In this document: in pieces, positions 24,641-37,300 of the stretch
Numbering within the stretch: position 1 is the first letter of the stretch
Layout of the letters: every line of letters begins with the position of its first letter
NCBI GenBank assembly: GCA_964234715.1
Contig: OZ174278.1
Strand: one strand, 5' to 3'
DNA from: Podarcis melisellensis
Lineage: Eukaryota
DNA length: 64,000 bases
Position numbers and translations under genes: made by a program
The notes under the pieces: model-generated
The model's input: only the letters and a program-made list of their open reading frames with translations
What the model was told of the DNA's origin: nothing
Database searches by the model: none

Positions 24641-25199
24641 AATAACACCTGGAGGGCCACAGGTTCCCAATCCCTACCCTGTGATTCTCCAATCTATCGC
24701 TTGAAACTCAAACTCCTGCTCATGACGGTAAGCTGGAATTGATGGTCTCTGTTCGGCTCTTTCCACTGCTCACACATCTATTCAGTACTACATGGCATTC
24801 TATCCTAAGGGCTTAAAGTGTGTTTAAAAAACAGATGTGAAATATAAACTACATTCAGTTAAAATGGCCTCACATTTCAGGTCTGTAGCCATAGAAACAG
24901 ATTTTATCAAATAGCTGGCAAGCTGCAATACTTAAATAACATACTACATATGACCCATGACCATAAACTTGCCAAGCCAAAGCTATGGGGCACCAGTAAC
25001 CAGATCACAATCCAGTTCAAAAGCCTTGTATCACTTCTAGAGAAATCTCAGGAGAAGATTTTATAAACTTGAAGAGCAGAGAAGGGAAACCTCTGGATGT
25101 TGTTGGATTCCCATCAGCCTCAGCCAGCATGACCAATGATCAGGAATTAAAGGAGTTGTAATCCAGTAACGTCTGACCACAAGTTCCCCATCCCTGTCT

Positions 25200-25663
25200 T
25201 CTATACAAGATCTCAAAGTAGCTGTTTTACTACAAAGGAATTTCAGAAATAGACTGGAAAGAGAAGCTGCTGAATTGCAACTTATCACCAAACTTAAAAC
25301 CATGGAGAGTCCTGGTCTGAACAAAGACCTTGGATTCTTATCTCATTATACATGACAAAGCCATTTTTCACCTTCTCACCCCTTGCTTTTTCCTGTAAGA
25401 CCTATTGCAGTTGTTAAGAGTCGTCAACAGGCTCATCACAGCTATCTGCCAATCACCCATTCCCACCACCCTTCTGAGTAATACCCCTCCCCACCTTCTC
25501 ACTATATAGAAGGGTCTGGAAACTTCTGTTTCAGTGTATCTGAAGAAGTGTGCATGCACACGAAAGCTCATACCAAGAACTTAGTTGGTCTTTAAGGTGC
25601 TACTGGAAGGATTTTTTTGTTTGTTTTGACTATGGCAGACCAACACGGCTACCTATCTGTAAC
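25200..25663 (+). mobile_element. Penelope-like element 3' end (GIY-YIG endonuclease C-terminus plus pseudo-LTR)
   Basis: 25200-25355 translates SIQDLKVAVLLQRNFRNRLEREAAELQLITKLKTMESPGLNKDLGFLSHYT*, with the R...E...I..L.T..PGLN signature. A hammerhead core follows. Confidence 0.88.
25536..25573 (+). ncRNA. Minimal type I hammerhead ribozyme (Penelope-associated)
   Basis: GTAT-CTGAAGA-A-GTGTG(CATG)CACAC-GAAA-GCTC-ATAC: CUGANGA and GAAA core, stem II, 4-bp stem I (GTAT/ATAC), predicted cleavage after C25569. Confidence 0.75.
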
Positions 25664-26039
25664 TGTTAGAGGAAAGAAATGCACAGAAATGGGCTACTAC
25701 CAAACCTTCCAGGCTCTGTTATTTTGAAACTTTGGGAACAGAATATAGATTTAAAAAGTGTGTTAGTAGCCACTTTGGTGGCCAATTTGGCCAAAAGGTA
25801 GGATATAAAGTTAAAGGAAAATAATTTGCCAATGTGCATTCTGATGGTCAGGAACTGGATCAAGTCTAAGACATTTTTCTTTGTGTTCAAAAGCTTTAAG
25901 ATGTACTTCTTGTCAGTATATGGAAACATCACCGCTGCAGACAGCCAGATTGTTGACATCACATGATGCGCCTATCTGTGGGAAAGAAGAATTTCCCCGG
26001 ACGTTGACAGGCTGGATAAGTCTATGTGAAGAGTGTAAC

Positions 26040-26277
26040 TTGAAACCTTCTGACTGCGCATGCTCAGGAAGTTTGCTAGAAGAACTGAACTGAAAGGACG
26101 TGTTTTTCTCTAGTGCTGTAATGTCAGAAATAAACATCATGTAAATAGATTTCTGACTTATTTTCTTTCCCCTGCGGAAGCAGGAGGGAGGGGTTGTGCA
26201 TTTTACCCACTCTTGGGAAAATGTCGCCTATCAAAATTTCCGTGGTCTGTCTGGATATCAGCCAGAGGAGGTTACCG
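26040..26277 (+). promoter_or_regulatory. Candidate promoter / first exon
   Basis: NRF1-like TGCGCATGCTCA (26055-26066) overlapping ETS CAGGAAGT. Locally retained CpGs, ATG at 26221 with A at -3, donor-like CCG|GTATGC at 26277/8. Confidence 0.35.
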
Positions 26278-27950
26278 GTATGCAAGCTCCGAGGACAGTG
26301 AGAGGGGCCAGCCTCTATGGAGGGGGCTTGCAAATCGACACTTCTTCCTGTTCCCCTTTCCCACATATCAAATTCAGATCTTTATTTAACCCAAGACATC
26401 CAATCTATTATGCAATAACTCATTCCTTTTACATGTCAGATCTTCACCTTGCCTTGCAAACTTTGAATGACCCAGATTAATTTATGCTCGTTTTGAGCTG
26501 CTCCATAGCACATGACTCTACTATGTTATACTTAACAATCTCTACTTCTGTAATAATAATAAATAAAGCCTTTCCACTTGAAACCAGTTTCTCACAATTT
26601 GTCTGAAAATGGTTGAAGTTCACCCATCTCATATTGGACAACATTGTAAGTGCATAAATAAACTGAGTGACGTTTCAAAGACACCTCTTCTCATGTTAGG
26701 TTTATTTTAGGAACATAAGAAACTGCCTTATATATGGAGTCAGACCATTGGTCCATCTGGCAATTGCTCTTCTGGATTTCAGACGGGACTTTTCCCTAGG
26801 CCTTTTGAGATACTGGAGCATTAAAATGCAAATCATTTTCTGCCATTGACCTACAGCCCTACCCCATCCTTAATACTTTATGAATTGCATACCACAGCTC
26901 ACCACTTCAGACTTGCACAATCCCTGAAAGCTTTTGCTAGATGATCTACCCTTGAGGGGTTTTGCTGTTGTTATTATTTATATATGGTACAGATGCAACA
27001 GCAGACATAGATCAGGATGGTGCAAACATCTTGTATTGGAATTTGCATCCATGAGCTACATTTTAAATGGTATGCTAATGTATTATCAGACTATTCAGTT
27101 TTCATGTCTCTAACAAAAAAAAAAAGGCTGAAGACATTATTTTTAAAAAGGTCAAGTGACACACACAGAGAGACTATGGCTAAACTGATGCCTTAAATTA
27201 CCAAATGCCATCTCTCCCCCACCCCCGACCAAAAAAAAATGCAAAATGTCATCTTCCTGCAAATAATAAACCTAGATAGAAAATCTTGTTGAATGAGTTT
27301 TTGGTTCAGATCCTTTATGGTAAATACAATTGGATCCACTGTGTCATTGAACATTCCATTAGACATCCTTAAGCTTGAACAAAGGAAAACCTTAACAATC
27401 CATTTACTAACACACTCAGCTTCAGCAGCCAGGTCAGAACAAGATAATGCAGAGTAAATGAATAGATTGAACGAAAGTTCTTACTTGAACTTTTCCTGGT
27501 TTTTGTTTGGAGGGGGTTGTTATCATGTAGCATGGTCATGAAGCCAAATGAGAGAGAGAGGACAACGCTAACTTGCCCTCAGTCTAGGAAACCTGAGAGG
27601 AAAACAGTGGTGTCTGTTATTCACTGATAAACTGCCCAATTCATACTTCTCAAACCAGTACACAAACTGAAACACAGCTATCCTTCAAACTTCACACTTC
27701 TCTGAAATTTGTGATGCATATTGCGGAAATGCTCTTAAAACACATCTGTTAGTGGAAATAACATATAAAAAATACATTATATTACGGGAAATTGCTTGCA
27801 AAATGTGTATGTTAGTCAAAACTATATACAAAAACGTGTTCATTAGTAGAAATTTGTACTAATAGGCTGACGAGGATTTCACAAATCGCTGCAGAAATGT
27901 GAAGAATTGAATTTAAGATTGGACAAACGAGAAACCCAAAGAACTGAAAC

Positions 27951-28009
27951 TGGGAATCTGAGGTAAGATACCCACAATCTTGATGGGAATCTGAGGTAAG
28001 ATACCCACA
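27951..28009. repeat. 26-bp direct duplication (period 33)
   Basis: TGGGAATCTGAGGTAAGATACCCACA occurs twice. Confidence 0.9.
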
Positions 28010-28285
28010 TAGCAGATGTTGTCCCCCAATTCCATGTAAAGGCAGCATAAGGTCCAAAACAGTTTACTGCTGCAGAAGATAAGGCTTCAGTACGACAGTT
28101 CTGGACAGTGATACATAGATACAGCTTGCGGGCTTTTGCAGATGCAGATATGTACAAATAGAAAGTATTCCTGTTACTGCAGCCATTTAGGACATAACAC
28201 AGACTACAACTTACTCACTGACTGACCCTGACACCCTGACAATTAGCAGATGTGCCTTAATCACTTATATAGCCAGCATTGGACC

Positions 28286-28299
28286 ATTGCCATAGCAAC
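28286..28299. promoter_or_regulatory. RFX X-box-like motif
   Basis: ATTGCCATAGCAAC, 13/14 match to GTTGCCATAGCAAC. Confidence 0.5.
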
Positions 28300-28382
28300 T
28301 GCCTTGGCTGATCATGCACCTGTTGGCTTATATCATACATGATTTTTGCTCATGAAGCAAATTAATTCTTTCCCCCACGCAG

Positions 28383-28422
28383 ATCCTCCAACACATCCAT
28401 AGTGGATGTGTTGTGTTGTCTG
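28383..28422 (+). other. Candidate 40-nt exon of an unidentified transcript
   Basis: Acceptor ttaattctttcccccacgcag| and donor CTG|gtaagt, in unique sequence. Confidence 0.55.
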
Positions 28423-29321
28423 GTAAGTCATTCCAGCATCAGCTCAGGTTGCTAATGTCAGCAGAAGTGAACAACTAACCAGCCTCCATGTCCTTGTACA
28501 GTGCTGACTGCATAATCCTGGTGCCCAAAGGTAAAGGTGATAATTACCGCCTGCCCACCACCACTGCCACTTTTTCCTTCCTGCCATACAGAAGCCATCA
28601 GCACTTTTGCCTAGCAAATGGCTTCATTAGCTGCACTGTATTCTAAGAAACATGAAATAAAATTGTTTCATTTTTTAGGATTAGATCACTTCTCAGCCTT
28701 TGGGTTTAATTTTTATCACAGCTGGTGAATCTGACCAGTGACAGTCAAATTTTGAAGTGACAACCTTCACAAGGCTCCTCTGATACATTTTTTGAACCAT
28801 TGTTTTCTTTTCAATCTATAGTAAGCAAGTGCCATTCCATCTCTGGAATTATAGTGTGTATGATAACTACAACATGTTTTGCACGTTATGCAAAGTATTG
28901 AAAACAAATGTCAATCCTGTTATGTAAAGAAAAGAAACTTAAAATTATAGTGCTATGATGTCATTTTTTAAAAAAGTGATATTAGAACAAAGAAGGTTCA
29001 TGCTGCCAAAGTTAAGAGCTATCCTTCTATAAAAATAACTTGTGTGTTTAATTTGTTGAGAATATAATTTTGAATTTTCACTTTTTTCACCTGAGGATTG
29101 AATATGAAATATTTGCATCTTCAACATATCGTCATCTTAGCCGGGTGCTATAAGAATGAGCACACATTTGTATGTAATTAACATAATGTAACATAATAAT
29201 TTTTCAAAATGAATATGATTACATGCCTTCAGGCTTGGTTTTCTTACAGAACATGTTCCCTCCACCATCACACTGAGAGTGCTTGCAGAGGTAGTTTGTG
29301 GTGGTAGAAATGTGACCAGTG

Positions 29322-29497
29322 GGGGCTGTAGCTCAACAGTAGAGCATGCAGAAGGACCCAGGTTTGATACCTGTGATCTCCACTTAAGGGTGTGAAGAAC
29401 ATGAGTCTGATACCATGGAAAGCTACTGCCATGCATTACAGTGTTACAATACTGAACTAGATGGACCAATGGTCTGACTAGGCAGCTTCCTATAATG
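29322..29497 (+). mobile_element. tRNA-derived SINE
   Basis: Head GGGGCTGTAGCTCA..GTAGAGCATGCAGAAGG.CCCAGGTT; tail CTAGATGGACCAATGGTCTGACT..GGCAGCTTCCTAT. Related copies at ~26710-26860(-), 39895-40035(+), 45340-45495(-), 55730-55910(-). Confidence 0.7.
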
Positions 29498-31031
29498 CCA
29501 AACCACAGAGAGCATCTTTTGTGGAGATGCTTATTTGTGACTTTGCATTGGTCCTTAGTCACTGTATTTCTTGTAAAATGCCCTGTGCAACACAGAGAGC
29601 ATATTTTAAGAGTTTGTGGGAGCAGCCAATTTTCAAGGTAATTAAAGTGCAAGCCAGCATTGGAAGGCAGCTGTTGGAAAGGTATTTCAGCAGCAAGGAA
29701 AGCATATTGTATGATATCATGTACCCTCCTGGAGCTTATGTTCAAATCTACTCTCATTCCATGAGCACTGCATCTCTATAGTGCAGAAATGCATGTTCTG
29801 GTCCAGGAGGGGCCCTGCCAACAAAGTCAATCCCTGGAAGCTGAGAGAGACAACTGGGTGAGTGATCTGAATATGAGGCTCAGTATTCAGGCTCCAATCA
29901 GATGCAAAGGAAAGGGCTATTAGTCCCCAAAATGCAAAAATTCTATGGGAGAGTTTTCTGCTTTTCCTACTGGTACTGACAAAGGAAAGCCCCATTGTTC
30001 CATGATGAAATCTCGCAAAGACTAGGCAAGAATTAGGTCCCTGTGAGTTGGCTGAAAAGTGAGCTGAGGAGGCTCTGAACATTGTGGTTTTCTGTGGGAG
30101 TTGGTGGAAAATATGGGGAAAGCTCTTATCTTTCTTCTAGGAGGAAACTGCACCCAGTTAAAAATGTACCAGGGCCACACAAAAATCACATAAATGGGTC
30201 AAAGAGGAAACAAGGAAGTGGGGGTGACAACAGGGGGGAAGCCGGAATTTCAAAGCTACTAAACTCAGCAACAACCAAACTCTCTCATCCATGGATAATC
30301 ATTTTTCTCTCTGAACATGTGTAGCATCAGGATAGGCAGCTGTCAAGTGATAAAGGAGCAAGTGTATGTTGGCAGCTATCAAAATAGCCATTGTATGTAA
30401 AAAGGATGATGCTTCAAAAAATAAGAAGTCCCAGGAACAGAAAAAGGCAGACACCAATTGCTTCAGTGCCTCAGGAGAGTTAAGTAAAGTTGGTGTCTCC
30501 CATCATCCAAAATACAAGAACACAAATACAAATAGATAAGCTGCTAGAAATCCATTGGGGTTTGTGGGCATTTTAGTGTATTACACAGCTCATCATGCAT
30601 ACAGCTAATCTGCCTGCTGGACAGAAGTCTTAAAGCAGAATGGAGCTAGATGACTGATGAATAAAAGAAAAGAAAAAGGTGGAAGAGCAGACTGCAGAGG
30701 GAAAGCTGACAGGAGCTGAGGAGGGTCCAGTCTGGAACAATTCTTTCTCCTGGGATGAAGATGGTGGTGAAAATAAAATAAAAATAATTTTAATTGTCGG
30801 AGGGGGTGGAACTAGGGAATAAGAGCACAAGGTTACATGATATAGCAATTCAGAGTGGCCAAAGCATCATAGGCTAAAATACATTTGGACAGCAACACTT
30901 TAAGTGTTTACATGCTGATGCTAGAAGCCTAGTGAGCTGCAGTGTTTGGACTTAGAGGACAGCATTGATACATTAGGACAGCAGGTAACTACTGGAATGG
31001 AGAGAACAGAATACTCACAGCACATAGCTCC

Positions 31032-31077
<46 letters not shown>

Positions 31078-31348
31078 TTATTTATACCCCAGCCACTCTG
31101 GGCAGCTTCCAACAAAATATTAAAATACAGTAATGCATCAAACATTAAAAGCTTCCCTAAACAGGGCTGCCTTTAGATGTCTTCTAAAAGTCTGGTAGTT
31201 GTTGTTCTCTTTGATGTCTGGTGGGAGGGCGTTCCACAGGGCGGGTGCCACTGCTAAGAAGGCCCTCTGCCTGCTTCCCTGTAACTTGGCTTCTCACAGC
31301 AAGGGAACCGCCAGAAGGCCCTCGGCACTAGACCTCAGTGTCTGGGTA
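31032..31348 (-). mobile_element. L2 LINE 3' end with (TAA)n tail
   Basis: Closely similar to 260-550. (TAA)n at 31032-31077. Confidence 0.85.
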
Positions 31349-32177
31349 GAGTAATTCATAGACAGTAAGGCTATTGAAAACTAGTAGCTATACTGACTGT
31401 GATCTCTGCTGCTGGAGGCAGCATGCTTTAGAATACCCAGTCCTGAGAACTGCAGGTGGAGAGAATGCTGTTGTACCCAGCTTCTGCTTGTGGGCTTCCC
31501 ATGGGCATCTGGTTGGCCACTGTGAGAAGAGGATAGTAGACTTAATGGGCCTTCGGCCTGATCCAGCAGGCTCTTCTTATGTTCTTAAATTATTAACATC
31601 AGTGCGCAGACCGACTTGGCCTCATCAGTGACCTCTTTGGTCGTTAATTGTTGCATGTTGTTGCTGTCAATGAGCACTGTTGATCTTCCTCCTCTGTTGA
31701 TAACCTGATCAGTACTAGCTGACATCTGATGTGAAGGGTCAGAGAGCAAGACCTGTACTGATTAGAGAGCTCCAAAAATAAAGTGGCATGTCCACAACAT
31801 TTCATGTATCTGGGGATGAAGGAGGCAGAACTGTATATGCAGCCCAGGCAGCTGGGTTCAGGAGAGCCATCCTATTCCCATAGCAACATCAATTTGTGGG
31901 GTGTATAAACTATCCTCTCTTTATCTCCATCTCTCTTTGTGTGTGTGCTTGATGACACCCAACTCTAAAGCTATGAATAATCTCCATTCACAGCTCCATG
32001 GGGATGTTGAACAATATTAGTGGAAACATGAGCCCAGGGAGCTGATATTGCCTCTCCAATGACCACCTTCTAAACCCTGTCAGATAGAAAAGAGCAACTC
32101 CATTGGAATGAAGTTTGCAAGATACCTGCCAGATAGAGCAGTCATTGACAACCAGGGGCTTTCTAGATGTTTTACAG

Positions 32178-33203
32178 TGAGGCATCTGATCAAGGCCTGT
32201 ATTTTAAAATGAGCTTAAAGATTTGCAAATATTTTTATGCCAGGCAGAAAACCAGCTGGCTAAGGACTTTGGCAGATGTTTATCCTCCTGGACAGGCCCC
32301 CCCCCCCTGATTTATAGCAGGAGCCAAAATTCTCAAAGTTGTAAAAGGGAATTACAGGCTGGGAGCAAAGGTTACTGACCCTACAGAATACAATCAAGCT
32401 GCAAAAACACTAATTAAGAGTTGGTAAATAGTAGGATTTATTGTTTAACAGAAAATAATACCATGTGCCTCCCATTAGAGACTTTAGCCACATTTTCCTA
32501 AGGTTAAAGGGCAAGAGCTAATGGGAAAAGCAGCTGGCCAGGAAAGGGGGGTGTAAACTGAAGAAGTTTTACTTTGAAAATGTCTTTTCTTCTAAAAAGC
32601 TATCTATGTTAATGTATGAGATTTGTTGGCTTAAATGTAATTATGCAAAGGATTTAGAAAGTAAGAAATGTTAGATTCTTATGTTAGATTCTTATTTCAT
32701 TAATGGTGTGTGAGAATATGAACCCAAGATCTCTGTTTAAGACAAAATGTAAGACAGAATGAGCCATCTGTTTTAGCCATCTATTTTGGAATGGAGGGGC
32801 AACAAGGGCAAAAGGTGATCTGGTAATTAAGGTGCCTTGTTGAGCCAAATGTAAGATATATGACTATTTATTTGCCATTTATAGATAAAAGGAAATATAG
32901 CTCTTTGTCTCCCATAAAAGGTAATAGGAAATGGGTGTATCTTTTATGATTGGTTCTAGCAAACAGCCAATAGGAATTTCAACCAGGCTGATTGGACAGA
33001 GGCAGCCAAAGGAGGAGCAAGGGGGCTGGGCTGAGGAAATATAAGTGCTGACCATCAGGGCTGGAAGGGGCAGAGCTTTGGTAACCATATACCACTGTGC
33101 CTATCATTTATTTGTCTGACAAATAAATTATTATTTTAATTTCTCTATTGCTGCATTGAATATTTCATTCCAGCTAAGCGTTAACCACAAGCAGGGTGCT
33201 ACA
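32178..33203 (+). mobile_element. ERV-like solo LTR (~1.0 kb), copy 2
   Basis: TGAGG...GCTACA with 4-bp TSD ACAG. Three CCAAT/ATTGG boxes (32949-32995), ATATAAG (~33040) and AATAAA (33122). Confidence 0.85.
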
Positions 33204-33948
33204 ACAGTACAACTCCCATCAGCCCCAACCAACACAGCACAACAACTGGAAGGCCCCAAGGATGTTGAACACTGGCCTAGAGCACTGAAAGCCACCAACA
33301 AGTCCAGCAGATTCAACAAGGAAATAGGTACTAATCTCCAAATAGAGAGATCATCCACCTGGACTATTAAAGCCATCTTCTGTTATGGGCATTGTCAGTT
33401 AAGTATATACCAAATTTCAGATTCATATTTATTATCTAAGTACCTTAACAGATCCATAAGTTATGCCAAACCATATTAATATATATTCTGTGCTAGTAAA
33501 TAAATATTGCATCCTACAAATATAGATACATTCTTGGATGCCAGTCAAAGTCTCCCCTCTGCCAATTCATGTATCATCAAAATGTGTGCCTCCAAACTGT
33601 CACTCGTCACATGTTCTCCCCCCCCTTCTTTTTCTTTTTAAAATATGTTCACAGTTGCCACTAGAGCTCCCTTTTCCAAATCTGAGGATTCTTTTTTAAG
33701 GTATAACCCACATTCCTGCATACAATATCCTAGAGTCAGCTTACATTCTGTTTGCATTCTGGCTAATACCATGAAAGAAAATGCACACTCCAAAATCCAC
33801 CGTTGTATATGCCCATGGCCAAAATACAAGAGAGGCATGTTTTGTTGCAGTTGAGGCATCTAGTTGTGCTGATGTAGGTGTACCATGATGTTTCTTCTTT
33901 CTGTGCTCCACCCAGCTGTCATTCCTCCTCTGCTTACTGGTTACTGTC

Positions 33949-34348
33949 TGTCGGGATTCACAGAATGCTGTGTGGGATAGTAAGTCTGCAGGCTTGAGTT
34001 TGCTAGCTGATGCAACTGGCCACAATACTTTCTCTGGAAGTTCTGGATCAGAATGACTCAGCAGTAATGTACTGCCAATTGATTGGCTGTCATCAGTTTA
34101 AAAGGGAAACCTGTCCAGCAGTAAGTGGGGTGGTGTAGAGGAGTATGGTCAGAGAGAGAGAGAGAGAGAGAGTTAGAGGTCTTCCTATTTGCCTTAAGGT
34201 GCAGCCAGGTACTCTGTTTGACTGTATGAACTGCTCGTGTATTATAGCCTGTAGATATTTGTATATATAGCTCACAATAAATATACTGCACTGAAGAACC
34301 TGGAACTCTGAGCATTTATGCTAAAAGCGCCATGGAGAATTCGCGACA
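33949..34348 (+). mobile_element. Solo LTR, 400 bp
   Basis: TGTCG...CGACA ends with perfect 5-bp TSD CTGTC. CCAAT/ATTGG, TTTAAAAG, (GA)n and AATAAA in order. Confidence 0.85.
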
Positions 34349-37300
34349 CTGTCTGTACACATATAGAAATTAATGGCCATAGCTTAGTCATGTGTATTCT
34401 TTGGTTCTATTATAATTTAGCTGAGACTCCTGCCTCACAGGAGGTTGGACTAAATGATCCTTAGGATCCCTTCCAACTCTACAGTTCTATTATTTAAATG
34501 AGTCTACTTGAGTAACAGTTAAACAAGATGTTGTAGACTTAGCTACTATTAAGTGAGTTTCACCACTCCATATGAAGGTGCAACATTTGGTAATAATAAT
34601 GATCAACTGGGTGCATTTCCTGCTTGCGGGGTCCCCATGGACTTTGGCAGGGATTTCCTTGTGTCCTTGCAGGTTGCTGGTACTGCAAGTCCTTGATGTT
34701 AGTAAAATAAGAAAAACTCATTTGATGGTAGTTTTAAGAAATCTTAAATGGGGTTGGAAATTGCTTAAAATCTTATACATTTCTTACACAAAAGCCAAAA
34801 GACTGAAAGTCAAAATGTAAGTTTTGTTTGCTATGTTTTTATCCCAGCCTTCATTGAAGTAGGAATGCTTGAGGATTTCATTCAATCCACATTTTTAAGC
34901 AAAGTGATCTGATTCACACTTCCTGAATGAATATGTTTGTTGGAGTGCAGTTATGCTTTTGTATGTTGCCAACAGCAACAGTTCTTTTAGTGGATCTAAA
35001 TGCAATAGCCAAACCATGAGTGAAGGATAGCAAATGTTTATTATAACTTGATTACAGACAGAATAAGGAATGCTTGTACCCCTTCAGTCACTCAGAACAT
35101 CAGTGGAAGGACTCTATAGCAGCTGGTATGCAGCACTTTCACAGGTATTGGTCTACGCTGAGGTTCATGGAGGAGAACTTCCTTTTAGATCTTGCAAACA
35201 TAAGAATTTTCAGAGACTACATGAAAAGAAACCTTTGTTGGCATACATCTGTGTCTAGAGACAATGGAAGAATGTGCCATCGGCGGTAAAGTCAAACCAT
35301 TGGAGAGTTACAGCACCTACTACTTTGGCTGTAGAAACTAATACAGGAGAGACATGTTTTATTGCAGCTTGGGCAGATGGAGTCTGATTTTGCTGCTACA
35401 GGTGCACCACTGCATTTCTCCTCCTTGTGGTTCACCTTAATAGGGAAGGCATTTGAGGATGAACAATCATACTGCATATGTTCTCATGAAAGGACACAAT
35501 CATCTTGTGGAGCTTAGGTGGGCATCTTATCTTGCAGCTAAGCAGTGTGAAGAGTTATTTTCAGCTGATGAAAGTCCTATTTCGGGTCTATGAAGGTGAT
35601 GTACAGGGGGGCACCTCTGCTCTAGGCCTTGCTCCGTTAACAGTTGGTCATGAAACTCTGCCAAGAGCTGCCTGTGACTAAGCAGTAGGTAAGAAATTAG
35701 CCACCCCATTAGCAGGTGACTGGACATGAGATAAGAAATGTGACTGGCTAATTGAAGGGTTCTAGACCCCCAAATGAATGTCTTGACACTAGAAGAGTAA
35801 TCACTGTACACTACTAATTCCTCAGAATACAAAGGCACTCCCATTCCCATTACACTTATAAGAAATTTGAGGAACAATTGTTGTCTCAAAAAATGTATTA
35901 AAATCCATGTTTTAGGGAGAAATTCATGGACATGATGCATACAAGAAGTAATGCATTTTTTCGCATGGACTTAAAAGGAAAAGAATTCACAAACTGACGA
36001 AGGATGGAATGATGCTATGAATGAACACATGTGAAACCGGCATGGACCAAAAACACACTTCTCTGTCAATCTCTAACTCTAAGGATGTCAGGGCAGTGTA
36101 TGTGGTTCCCCTCCCCATTTTATCCTCACAATACCCTGTGTGTGGGGGGGGGGGTGGAGATGTCTGGTCCTATGTCACTCAGTGAGCATCATATCTGAGC
36201 TGGAATTTAAACCAGGTCTTCTCAGTGTTAGTCCAGGGACATAATCCAGTAGATGCCTATTTGGAACAATGTACCAGTGTGTTCATTGAGGGTACCTCTC
36301 AGGTGGCTATTTATACACAATTGCACCTTGCCACCACATCACACTGGCTTTGATGCAGTATACATGCGCAGGGATAATGTTTTTGTTGCTGAACATGGAA
36401 TATGTTTTATTGAAACAGCATGTTTAGGAGTTCTTCTCTTATTACCTGTGTTGAGTAACCAAAAACACTTGAAATTATGACACATCAAAAAACAAAAACA
36501 CCTGGAAAAAAATTCTTTCATGTTGTTGTTCTTGTGTTGTTTTCTTTAAGTGTAAAGATTTCAAAGAATGTTTGAGTGGTTCTGCTCCAGGAAGCATTGC
36601 CTTGGAAACTGTTGCCTGCTTGCTTGCTCACTGAGTAGCAAAGACAATGAAACAAAAGCAATATCATAAGAGATGAAGCCAAGCAAATTCTGTTACATAA
36701 ACATCGTAAAAGGTGAAGCCAAGGTCTGGGCTGCACCCCTTCCCCCTCTTCAAAACTAAGCAATACATTTCACATAACATTTCAAATGGATGTGGTAATT
36801 GCACAGAATAAATGTGTTAATTTAGCATGCCTGATTTGTGCAATTTCCAACAGGTGTTTCCATCCTTGATCCTGCCAAGAACCAATGGAAGCGAAGCAAG
36901 GGGCAGTCAAAGGGGTTTTTACTTAACATATTGCTTATTTAATTTGTGACAGTAGTAGTAGGGATGGAAGAGAACTGCCATTTGGTTTCCCTTTAAAGGT
37001 GAGTCTGATTAAATTAGCCCTTTCCAGAACAATAAGAGAACCAGAACATGGGAATCCTGTGAAATTCTCAGTTATCTTATTTCTGATGCCATTCTCCAAC
37101 TGGCCAGTGCTTACAAAAATGCATGTATTATGGAAAAATTTGAATAGAAATGAGCATACTAGTGAAAATAACATACAAAAATAGATTTTTAAATACACTT
37201 ACTTGTAAAAATGTGCAAAATAGTAAAAAAAAAAACCTGTGTGGAAATATTTGTTTGTTGGGAGAAATTTGTGCTAATATGTTCATGAATTGTCATGATG

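Noticed and set aside
27951-28009. Repeat-spacer-repeat resembling CRISPR
   Set aside because: Only two units with a 7-nt spacer, in a vertebrate context with no cas genes.
28389-28413. Hairpin as a pre-miRNA
   Set aside because: An 11-bp stem is far too short, and no known miRNA mature sequence was recognised.
29322-29375. tRNA gene
   Set aside because: Degenerate SINE head that cannot form a full cloverleaf. The same applies to the Sauria SINE heads.
29137-29757. 206-aa minus-strand ORF
   Set aside because: Runs antisense through a degenerate SINE and has no domain features.
33949-34348. A fourth ORF-bearing LTR
   Set aside because: The frame from nt 2 stops after 15 codons. It serves as a negative control showing that not all LTRs here are open.
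35070-35289. Two overlapping ORFs / possible exon
   Set aside because: Plausible acceptor but a weak donor (CG|gtaaag) and no recognisable product.
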